The notes beneath the pieces were generated by a model, which was not told the DNA's origin, searched no databases, and worked only from the letters and a program-made list of their open reading frames with translations. A stretch of 64,000 nt of DNA from Ramazzottius varieornatus (Eukaryota > Animalia > Tardigrada): NCBI GenBank assembly GCA_001949185.1, contig BDGG01000007.1, forward strand, positions 1,384,730 to 1,448,729, given 5' to 3'. Numbering within the stretch: the stretch's first letter is position 1; each line of letters starts with the position of its first letter. The position numbers and the translations under genes were made by a program. Shown one piece after another: positions 13,286 to 22,379 of the stretch.

Positions 13286-14215
13286 TTCACCTACCTCAAT
13301 TAAATTGTCGTAGACAAGCATGGTCACCATCATGACCATCTCATGCAGAGGGGAAGCGAAGGAGACGGCTACGGACAGTGTTCCCTGTTTGATCAAGGTC
13401 ATGGGTCCTCGACCCGTTCCACCTGGTGTCAAGTCAAAGCCGAAGATAGTAAATCCACGCCAGTAGGCCTCACGATCAAACTGAATTTGGCCGTTAGGTT
13501 CGTGTCGTTGACCCAAAGTGTTCAATAACCCATCGTAGGCTTCCAAACAGTGGTGCCTTCGAAAATCGGACGTAAGGCTTGGTCGGATAGCTGGTGCCAT
13601 CGACCTCCACACTGAGTTGGGAGATTTCATAGTGTTGAAAGTTAAACGGATTTCGACCCAGTTTTCCGCAAAAGTCTTCGCTGGCCACAAAACCAATCAG
13701 GATCACTTTAGGCAATGCCTCGATGTGAATGTAGGAGATGACGGTGCTTTGCACGCCTTTGCTGATATCCGTGGTTTTCATGACGGTGCGCTCGACGGCG
13801 TATTTGACCGACCTACGCTGCAGTTCTTCGGTGCTCTTGATCATGAAATCAGGAGCTGGAATGTATCGCTTGACTGAAACCTCGGGATTACGGATGACCG
13901 CTTTGTACTCTTTGTCAGGTGATGGGTCCCAACTTTGAAGGTAAAACTCTTTCCGGGCCGTTACCAGACGAATCCCGATTGCCACGCCAGTCAGCAGGGC
14001 TTTGTCTTGTTGGAAAAGATCACAAGCCAGCTTGCCCGATAACTGTACAGTCTCCACGCTGGGACAACTTACGACGCCAGACTGCTCCGGGATTCTGATC
14101 CAGCAGGTTCATTGACCCCGGTCCGTCAATTTTATACCCCGCATTGGCTAACACCGATTCCGCATTGTCCCTCGTATGATGTAACAGTGACGCCATGTAG
14201 GCTCGGTACGAGGTA
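13256..14215 (-). pseudogene. Polinton major capsid protein (double jelly-roll), C-terminal part, frameshifted
   Basis: YRAYMASLL, LSGKLACDLFQQDKALL, LPKVILIGFV...NPFNFQHY, GFTIFGFDLTP, VYDNLIEV across three frames. Confidence 0.88.
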
Positions 14216-14259
14216 AAACCAGCGAACTTTTCCATGCAAAATCGCATGGCGAACTTGTC

Positions 14260-16453
14260 TACTTACCGCAACTATTTCGTGGTATCTGTCCCCAAACGTA
14301 CGATAACTATTACGAAGTGCGGTGTGACCTAACTATTTTTCCGCAGAATTTATCCTGCCATTATACAGTACAAATGCTTCCGCGAGCATCTTTTACTCTT
14401 TCTCAACATGGAAGGTAAAAGGTGAACATCATTGAAAGGCCACGATAAATCAAGAAGGATATCACTTCCTGCGTGGCTTCTGTGTTGTAGCTTTCGAGGC
14501 TTTCTTTCCGGGAGGCTCTAACACTGGTTCAGGTTCCGGTGCCTTTCGCTTAGGTGCTCTTGATGATTTGGCGGCTTTAGCAGCAGCTTGGACGGCTTTC
14601 TTTCTGGCGGATTCCGCTTCGATTTCTGCCATCATTTCGTCCGACGTTATCAAAGCACCAGCTTTCAGTCTGAGCATGGTGTTCTTTCCGAGACGTTTCT
14701 TCTTAGGCGCTTCAGCCATCAGTGTCTTCGCCATAGCACCCGCAAGTACCATACCGGTGGTGAGACCCTTGAGAACGTCCTCGACACAGGTTTTTACCTC
14801 TTGCAAGCCATCGGCGTCAGTAATACCGTACTCTGCGCGCAGCACCTCCACCAGCTTGTCGTGGTTTATCTCTGACTGAACCTGGCGGATTCCGCGTTGA
14901 AAGATGGACGGATCGGTGTAAGGCTTGACTGTCTTTCGGATCATGTCGGGGTTGAATGGGAAGAGGCCACATTGTGCAAAGCCCGACTTGAGGTTTGTCC
15001 CGGCGTTGAAAGCGAACTCCTGCGGAAACCCGTCCGTTCGAAACCACAACATAACCAGATGGGAAAGCAAGGTATCCTTCGTTACCTAGAAGACAATCAG
15101 GTCTAATATTTCAACTTTCAACTCGTAAAAAACATACAAACTGATTCCCTTCACATACCGGTCCACCTGTTTTGACGCGCCGATCACGGAGGTACTTGTT
15201 CCATCTGTATTTAATTCCGCCGAATGCTGCCACGTCAAAAGGCTGAAGGCGAGAAGTTTGGCCAGACGGAAAACAGAAGATCACCACACGTCTGCCTGTC
15301 TCCTGGAAAAACTCTCGGCAATATCGAACAAGTAGAAGGTTGTTCACGTGAGAGAAGTGGCCGTCCACGAAGATTACGTTCTAGAAAATAAAAAAATCAA
15401 GAAGGGAATCCCTAATCATAACGGGCATTACGACTGACGTCACAAGCATCCTCATTTTTCAGAACAATTTTCACAATTGCACCTGAAATTCTCCGACGTC
15501 ACACATCAATATAAGCGAAACTTACCAGCACTGCTGTTATCTCGGGAAAAACGACTTCCTTGATGTAGTTGGCGAAGATCAGCTGGTCCATGTATCCGGA
15601 TTCATTTACAGCATGGTAACACATGTTAAAAGTGTCTTCCATACGAGACTTGAGGTGCAACTTGCCCGAGTATAAGGCCAGAAGCTTGAGCTGGAGTCCA
15701 GCAGCATTCCCACATGGTAGCACCGTGACACACTCCTTTGCGGTTCCGTTGTACTCAGACGGAATCTGCTTCATTCCTTTCCTCCCGACCACCCTGTCGA
15801 ACAAGTTGGTAGTATCAAATGCTGTCTCGTCCAAGTTCCAGACTTGCTCCGGTGTATTAAGGAACCCTTCATCGTACAGTTTCTGCAGCTTCGAGATGTA
15901 CTCCTCGCACACTTCCGCTGTCCAATCTCGGTCTTGTTTCCGGTTCGAGGCATGCGTAATGCGAAGAGAAATTTCGTCATGACGATCAAGAAAACTTCGA
16001 AACGACTGAGCGTTACAGGCAGTGTTCGGCAGACCTGTAATCAAAGAAAGGGATATTTAGCTGGCAAGTAATTGTCAGAGGGGATAACAGTAGTTGCCAA
16101 TCTTACCGAGTTCAACCGCTACCTGCGAGAAGAGCTGGTAGCATTGATATCGATTTGTGGTAATCCCTTTCGAAAATAAACGTAGCAAGCTCGAGAAGCT
16201 TGCAAATTTCTTTTATGAAACTGGCAGTGTTGCATTACCGTACCGCATATTGTTAGCGCGACGGAAATATATCCCGCACCTGGTTTCAGCGAAGACATGG
16301 TGGTGTGCAGCTCATTAACGATCCAGTAACGTACCCTCATAGACCAGAAAACGCGACATGCGCGCCTCTGTCGACTGGCTCAAAATTTTTCCCATAGGCT
16401 TTTTAACATAACACCAACCCCTCTTCCTGAAAGACCTCATAGGAGGTCTCCTG
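14260..16453 (-). mobile_element. pogo/Tigger-family DDE transposon with intron-containing transposase, nested in the capsid gene
   Basis: CENP-B-type HTH end (FRSFLDRHDEISLR), WNLDET, DGHFSH, SRLQPFD, SGFAQCGLFPFNPD and a K-rich tail. GT-AG introns separate the ORFs. One end reads TA|CAGGAGACCTCC on the minus strand (TA at 16454-16455); the other TIR was not found. Confidence 0.85.
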
Positions 16454-16455
16454 TA

Positions 16456-16680
16456 CCCGCACCTGAGATGAGACGATTACCCAAATGGAAACAGTGAGTG
16501 TAAAATGTTATCGATGGGACAGACTTGATCCTCTGGTCCCACGAAAGTCCAGTCGAGCCCTTTACTGCGTACTTTAATGGCCAAGTCCAGTTCAAGAGTG
16601 ACAGAGGACAGATCGAGAAGCCCGTTGCTGCTGACCGGAATGTGAAAGTCTTCAATGAGGAAAGCCATCTTCAGATAAAG
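16456..16680 (-). pseudogene. Polinton major capsid protein, N-terminal part
   Basis: FHIPVSSNGLLDLSSVTLEL...VCPIDNILHSLF...GNRLISG, which logically continues into YRAYM at ~14210. Confidence 0.75.
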
Positions 16681-16689
16681 TCGGGTACG

Positions 16690-17010
16690 GCGCAACAATC
16701 GTTTAAGCGGTGGTGCACGGATGGCTTTGCGTTTATGGCGATCTTGTTCTTCTTGAGGAGGAGCTAATCGTTGAACAATGGCGTCACGAGCGCGAGTGGT
16801 AACGTCCTTGGCTGCTGAGTTATGTGCCTCCCTTAAATGGGGCTCTGCTGCGTTAAATGCTTTGCGGGCGTGGGGAGCAGCAGCTGCCAACACTGGTTTG
16901 GCAAACGTGGCAATTTTGGCAAAAAGGGATTTCTAATTCTGTGGAAGTCCGGAGCCGTTTTGATAGACCGATCCTCGATAACGGACCATAGGGTTTCCAC
17001 CTCCTTGGAT
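16690..17010 (-). pseudogene. Polinton small core / membrane-active protein, frameshifted
   Basis: QGGGNPMVRYRGSVYQNGSGL then amphipathic FAKIATFAKPVLAAAAPHARKA, typical of the ORF between minor and major capsid genes. Confidence 0.6.
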
Positions 17011-17063
17011 GACGCCGGAGACTTCCTCATAACGCTTGGGATCAGGCTCGTAAACGCTTGGGA

Positions 17064-17910
17064 TCAGGCTCGGAGGATGAGATGACGTCGGAAATGCAGA
17101 TTTACCGTAGACTTGCCAGCGTGAAACTTCACTAAATCTCCTAGGTCGTTGGCCAAGTTGATGGTGATATTTTCAAAATTGGTGAGAAGAACGGGCACAT
17201 AATGTACCATATCAAAGCGTTCAGTCACAACCTCCATCGCTTCGCCTCTAATAGGCGCAGTTCTAAGATTTTGCGATACAGAATCGCCTAAATAGGAATA
17301 GTCAGCTACGTCACAGTACACAAACATCGATTGGTTGCCAGCTTTTAAGTTAACAAGACTTTGCCGACGTGCTTGATGGGAAACTCAGGATAGTCTTGGC
17401 CAACGTAGATCTTGCTGTCCTCATCCGTCGGTGATAAGATGCCTTGATTCAGGTCAAATCCCAACATCCCAACAAGAATAATGGAGTCAGCGTCAAAATG
17501 GACGGTAGATCGAGGGGTACCCAAGGAAATACACACACGTCGATCGGGTTGAATTTCGATCTTGAACTGTTTAACCGGTTCCGCGTCTGGATACGGCGGT
17601 AGAGTGCCTATCTGTCGACTGATGCAATCAATCAATGGTTGCGCTGAATTGTACATCCCAGCTGGTACAATATGAAATCTCGACCCAGTCCTTTGCTGAT
17701 GGGATAGTGAACAACTATCTTCTGATCCGTAGGAATGGTAAACATGCTTGGCATGTAATGTAGTTCAGGAAGGCACATCTCCCAGTGGCCTTTCAGGCTG
17801 ATGGAGTTCCTTAGCTTGGTGGTCCAGCTGGCTGCGTTGTTGTTCGGGTACTCTTCCATGCAGGCATCACTGGGTAAAGTCAGGTAGAATCCATTGTCGT
17901 CATGCAACAT
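17064..17910 (-). pseudogene. Polinton minor capsid (penton, single jelly-roll), frameshifted
   Basis: FYLTLPSDAC...YPNN.AASWTTKL...L.GHWEMCL.EL at the N-terminus; MFVYCDV...GDS...LR...HYVPV...I.I.L....G..VKF...LHFRR at the C-terminus. Confidence 0.88.
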
Positions 17911-18956
17911 GCTGGTATCCAGGAATCGCTTTCAGGTCCGTATCCCAACAACCTCACTAACTTTTCTCGTCGTCGATTACGAGTATGGCGCTGCAGTACT
18001 TTCTCGATCTGATATGTCCATTTCATATGATCGCGAACAAGTGACAATTCCGGTTCATAAAATTGGCCTTCAATAGCCTTGTTGCTGTTGAGGTTCTTTA
18101 ATTCGTACACCGGAACGGTATGTCTTTTGACTTTGGTGATTTCATAGATGTCAGGCTGAAAGTTATCCTCGTATCTCTTTTCGAATTCTAGTTTGTTCTT
18201 GGATACGCGGACGAAATCGCCAACCTTGTACCGAGGTACCTTTGACTTTTGTTGGAGCATCTTGCCGTATAATGCGTTGAGGACTGAAAGCGAGTTCTCT
18301 TGCTGAACAGTGTCCGGTTTTTTCCCATGGGCACTGTGTACGGAATGGTTGTAGGCGTAAACAAAATCAGGCAGCCGATCAATGTAACGAGTGGCGTAAA
18401 TGGACCGAAAGTATCGAAATATCCGAGTCTTGCGGGTGGGAATCAGCCGTTCGGCCATTCTGCATCTGATATAATTGTTCTCAGTCAAGGAGAGCACGAC
18501 TTCTTTCTCAGCCAGAAAAGTTTTGACCACTTCATCGCGAAATTCTGAGCTTTTATCTACTCGTAACTTTTACGGCACCCCCAGATCTTTGAAGACTTGT
18601 TGGAGAGCCGCTTTGACCCGTATTTCTTCTTCAGTAAGTAGAGGCTGTACTGATGCGCGTTTGCTGAAGCAGTCGACCACCACCAGCAGATGTCGTATAC
18701 CGTCGTTTTGCTCCCCATACTTGCTCATGTCGGCTAAATCAGCCTGGTATTGCTGTTAGAGATTGGTCACAACGATACGGTTCCGCTTGAATTGGCGTCT
18801 TACTGGCTTGCCAATTGTGTACGTATCGACGTGTTGCTGTGCTCGCTGAATCTTCTCCCGGTCTTCGTCGCCGTCGTGTGCACGTCTTAATCGCTCGACG
18901 CCACCAAGTGAGCCGGGATGACGTGGGTCCAGGTACTTCTGCCACAGGGCTTCCAT
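17880..18956 (-). pseudogene. Polinton retroviral-like (rve) integrase with C-terminal chromodomain
   Basis: YLDPRHPGSLGG, YQADLADM...NDG.RHLLVVVDCFSK, AER, YNHSVHS, YKVGDFVRVS, EGQFYEPEL, YQIEKVL...LLGYGPESDSWI; at least two in-frame stops. Confidence 0.93.
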
Positions 18957-19039
18957 TATTACAGCAGTTACCCACACATGATATGTGAAAGTAACGAAAA
19001 AGCCGAAGGACCGAGGGTAAACACCCGGCCATGGTTAAT

Positions 19040-19915
19040 TTAGCGAAGGACGATCCTGCGAGACTTCAATCCTCCCGCTTGCGGTTTCGTTCTTTTTGGT
19101 TTAGGAAGCCTAAACTCCGTACTGCTGCGTTTAAGGGTAGAGGCTCGCTTTTTATTATGATGACGTTTATCGATGGGATAAACTGGCTTTCGTTTTTGCC
19201 CCTGCTGGGGTGTTTCAGCAGGATTGGCCACTGGCTCCGACTCTGTGACGAAAAATCCATCAGCTGTTTCATCTTGCAGTTCCTGATGACGTCGCTTTGC
19301 TTCCTCCACCGCATCTGTCTTTCGTTTAGATCGACGCACCAGAGAAACAGTGGCTACTGAAGTCACGGTGGGAACGCGCTGGGGTGAAACTTCCACGTCT
19401 GGTCCTTGATTCAGCCGCTTGTTGGACGACTCTTCCTCGGCTTTGCGTTCCTGTCGTCTAGCCAGAGGTGCCGTGGCGACGGAAGTAACACTGGGAATCC
19501 GCTGAGCGGTAGGCTCTTCTTCCTGATCATGGTGTTGTCTCTTACTCTCCCCCTCCATTTCACCCTTTCGCTTTTCCCGAAGGAATATTTTTTCGGTAAG
19601 AGCAGTGGATGCAGTGAATTGCGGAGTAGAGTCAACTTCGGGAGTAGATGGTAACGCACAGATAGGGGCTGCTTGTGGAGGAACGCTGATGGCGCGGCCT
19701 GACTCTTGATGTTCGTTGGTCAAAGCCATGTATCTTTCCAGGGTGGCGCTGAGCATATCGTTTCGTTCCCATTCATTGATATCGGGGCGATTACAGATGG
19801 ATCTGATCAAACCTGTCACGGTTTTGACGTCACGAGCTTCGGCTGGATGTGACGCTGGCATCTCTTGTTTCTGAGCATCCAGAATCCTTTTGGGCACTAT
19901 GCAATACTCATCCAT
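19040..19915 (-). CDS. Polinton hypothetical basic protein with internal duplication
   Basis: Open 291-aa ORF upstream of the integrase; repeat QRIPSVTSVATAPLARR / QRVPTVTSVATVSLVRR; K/R-rich tail. Confidence 0.6.
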   Translation of the reverse strand: MDEYCIVPKRILDAQKQEMPASHPAEARDVKTVTGLIRSICNRPDINEWERNDMLSATLERYMALTNEHQESGRAISVPPQAAPICALPSTPEVDSTPQFTASTALTEKIFLREKRKGEMEGESKRQHHDQEEEPTAQRIPSVTSVATAPLARRQERKAEEESSNKRLNQGPDVEVSPQRVPTVTSVATVSLVRRSKRKTDAVEEAKRRHQELQDETADGFFVTESEPVANPAETPQQGQKRKPVYPIDKRHHNKKRASTLKRSSTEFRLPKPKRTKPQAGGLKSRRIVLR

Positions 19916-20270
19916 TACTAATTAGAGTAGATAGAACCGAGGCAACGATGGAAAGTGTGGCTCCGATGAATCCGCCTTGTTGCAGGATTTGCTTCTTCTC
20001 TTTACTAGGGTAACGTTTCAGGGCCAATAGTTTCAAAGGGCGTGTCCAACGACGACAAATGCGAGCATCATCGTCACTTAACGTCACTGTATTTTTGACA
20101 ATATCAACAGCCTCTAATAAAATAACTAATAATAATAACAGCCTCTTCCTCTAATACACGCAGTTGGTCTTTTGTCACAAGATCCAGTAGGACTTTCCGC
20201 TCGCTGGGTTTTAGTCCCTTGAGCGTGATAACGTGGGGCATTAACTTTTCGACCCGTTCGGACGCCTTGA
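19908..20270 (-). pseudogene. Polinton small conserved protein with QxGGF + hydrophobic C-terminus
   Basis: ...RPLKLLALKRYPSKEKKQILQQGGFIGATLSIVASVLSTLISNG*; its stop overlaps the start of the next ORF; frameshift near 20110. Confidence 0.65.
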
Positions 20271-20400
20271 GCAACAAGAAAACTGATGTCATCTTTAAGC
20301 GAAATTCCTCTTCTCAGCCTTAAATAGTCAGGCGTGTCCGCTTTCATGTCAATTAGCAGTGGAGTATATGGCGCATCGGTGACATTGAATATCATCGGGA
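20270..20400 (-). pseudogene. C-terminal remnant of Polinton packaging ATPase
   Basis: VTDAPYTPLLIDMKADTPDYLRLRRGI resembles the AT..PYGYLLID....TP..LRLRTNI tail; the Walker A/B part is absent. Confidence 0.65.
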
Positions 20401-21110
20401 CGTCCAGCAAGTATCGTGATGGGGGAAGTGACCAACGAGATCATCGGACATAGAGACGCGACGACCACAATAAGCGCAAAACACAGTACGTGGAACGTTA
20501 GAGAAAAACATTACCTCATCTTGAGCCAGCTTCAGCGCTGTCGCAGAATCCTTGACTGGACTCATCGGATGTAGCATCGTCCTAAGACGTCTTTCTACGG
20601 TTTCTTAGCCTTTAAACTTGATGTGTTCTTTGACGAGGGCATCTCTTTACTCAGCAGCTCGCCATTTGATCAGGTCGGTTGGCTCGTGTTCGCTAAACTG
20701 TACTCCTTGTCGGGCTATAAAATTGTTCCACAGCAGGTATTGGCTGAACGTCGGTCATCCTTCGATGTTCATGAAATCTTGCTCTTTGGTGAGCTGAGCG
20801 TCGTACTCCGTTCCATAGTAATTCCGAGTTTCCCGGCTGTACTTGCACAGGACGAATCCGCACTCAGGACGATGACGGATGTGTTCAACCATCGAAGAAT
20901 CGGTGTAGCTCCAGTGGTTCAACAGCAATCTGCAGTGGTAACATTCAACCAACGCGGCCACCGTTGGCCAAGTGGTATGGTTGTCCGATATCAAAATTTT
21001 GTCAGTCATGGTAAGAAGTGAAACGAGTTTTGAAGTCGCTCATCAGAGGGCTTTTAACTTCACTGTTCTCGTTGCTCGTACAAGGCACACTGGACCGGAG
21101 TGGAACATCC
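20400..21110 (-). pseudogene. IAP-like gene with two BIR domains, frameshifted
   Basis: VECYHCRLLLNHWSYTDSSMVEHIRHRPECGFV (C-x2-C-x16-H-x6-C) and ERRLRTM...LAQDEVMFF...VFCAYC...HHDTC. Confidence 0.75.
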
Positions 21111-21379
21111 ATGTAGATTCGGGATATCCAGTTTACTTCTGAGCGATGTTCAGGCGAATAAGAAATGCGTGTCTTTCGTGTGCCGGAATAAGTTCCAGTA
21201 TCATCTTGATATCCCTTTATCTATTCCTATCCCTATACGTTTACCTATCCCTTTATGTATCCGTTCACCTATCCCGTCACATATGCACTAGTCTGTCTAT
21301 ACGGGAATTGCTCACTACATTCCCTTATTTCTTCCACACATCTACGCTGAGCAAACTCAGACCGAGTTTGTCTCATTCC

Positions 21380-21873
21380 ATGTCACCTGCCGTCTTCGTT
21401 ATGGGTACCAGAGTCGTACTGGACTGTGACTGCTTTATCATTAACCAGAAGCCTTACATCAAGCAGTTGGCGTTTTGCGTGGTGGACAAAAAGAGCGGCG
21501 GAAAACATGCCAACAGTCACATGTTCGCTTTTGAACTACCCCCCTCTCCCACCGCTGCCGCGGGCTGATTTGGTGGTCGAGAGGACTTTACGCTTCGCAC
21601 GAGGTTCCGGATGCTTTCAGTGCCCTCTTCGATTCTTACCTGACCACAAGACCCGCCGACGTTTATTTTCACGCCAAGGGTCTGCAAAATTGTCGCTTTT
21701 TGGAAAATGGGATACCAAACATCCGAAACCTGGAAGACCTGGGATGCCCACGATTCGACCAGCTAACTGACAAGGAACAGAGTACCCAGGACAAGGTTGA
21801 AATCTTTGCGGCATGGCTACACGACCAGAAATCCGAAACATTGTCGCCACCTGCACCCTCGGATGCAGCCTGA
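21380..21873 (+). pseudogene. DEDD-like exonuclease-fold protein of Polintons, frameshifted
   Basis: VVLDCDCF...PYIKQLA N-terminus and, after a frameshift, AKGLQNCRFL...IRNLEDLGCP. Confidence 0.55.
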
Positions 21874-22379
21874 ATCTGGAACACATCGAAGATAACGTTC
21901 CTCTAACTCTTCACACTCCAAAGCTCTTTTTCGGATTAATTCTCTGTGTCCTGCATCCCTACAAAGCCGACTGTCATCTGTATAGGAATGGTAAGATGAC
22001 GGTTAATGGAGGATGTACCCTGCGGTCGTCCAAGAGCCTCGCACGACGATTTTGCAGCCTGCTACGGGACATTGGATACCAAGACGCACAAGTGACGGAC
22101 TACAAGGTTGTCAACATGGTTGCCTGCTGCAATTACGGTCAGCGCGTACTTCTAGAGCCGCTATCAAAGAAGCTTGGAGTTTTGTATCATCCCGATATTT
22201 TTCCTGGTTTCACTATTCGTTTTCCGGGATATACAGTAGCTTTGTTTCACAGCGGGAAAGCCAACTTCCTAGGAGCGACAAGCACACTGGTTATCGATGC
22301 AGCGTACTCAGAATCAACGATGATCAACGATGACTCTCTTATCATGAGTAAATTGACATCGCTTGTTCTGACGAATTAA
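21813..22379 (+). CDS. TATA-binding protein (TBP) homolog encoded inside the Polinton
   Basis: Both TBP repeats are present: PEIRNIVATCTLGCSLNL...PKLFFGLI...LYRNGKMTVNG and YKVVNMVACC...YHPDIFPG...LFHSGKANFLGA. Intronless, open 188-aa ORF. Confidence 0.9.
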   Translation: MATRPEIRNIVATCTLGCSLNLEHIEDNVPLTLHTPKLFFGLILCVLHPYKADCHLYRNGKMTVNGGCTLRSSKSLARRFCSLLRDIGYQDAQVTDYKVVNMVACCNYGQRVLLEPLSKKLGVLYHPDIFPGFTIRFPGYTVALFHSGKANFLGATSTLVIDAAYSESTMINDDSLIMSKLTSLVLTN

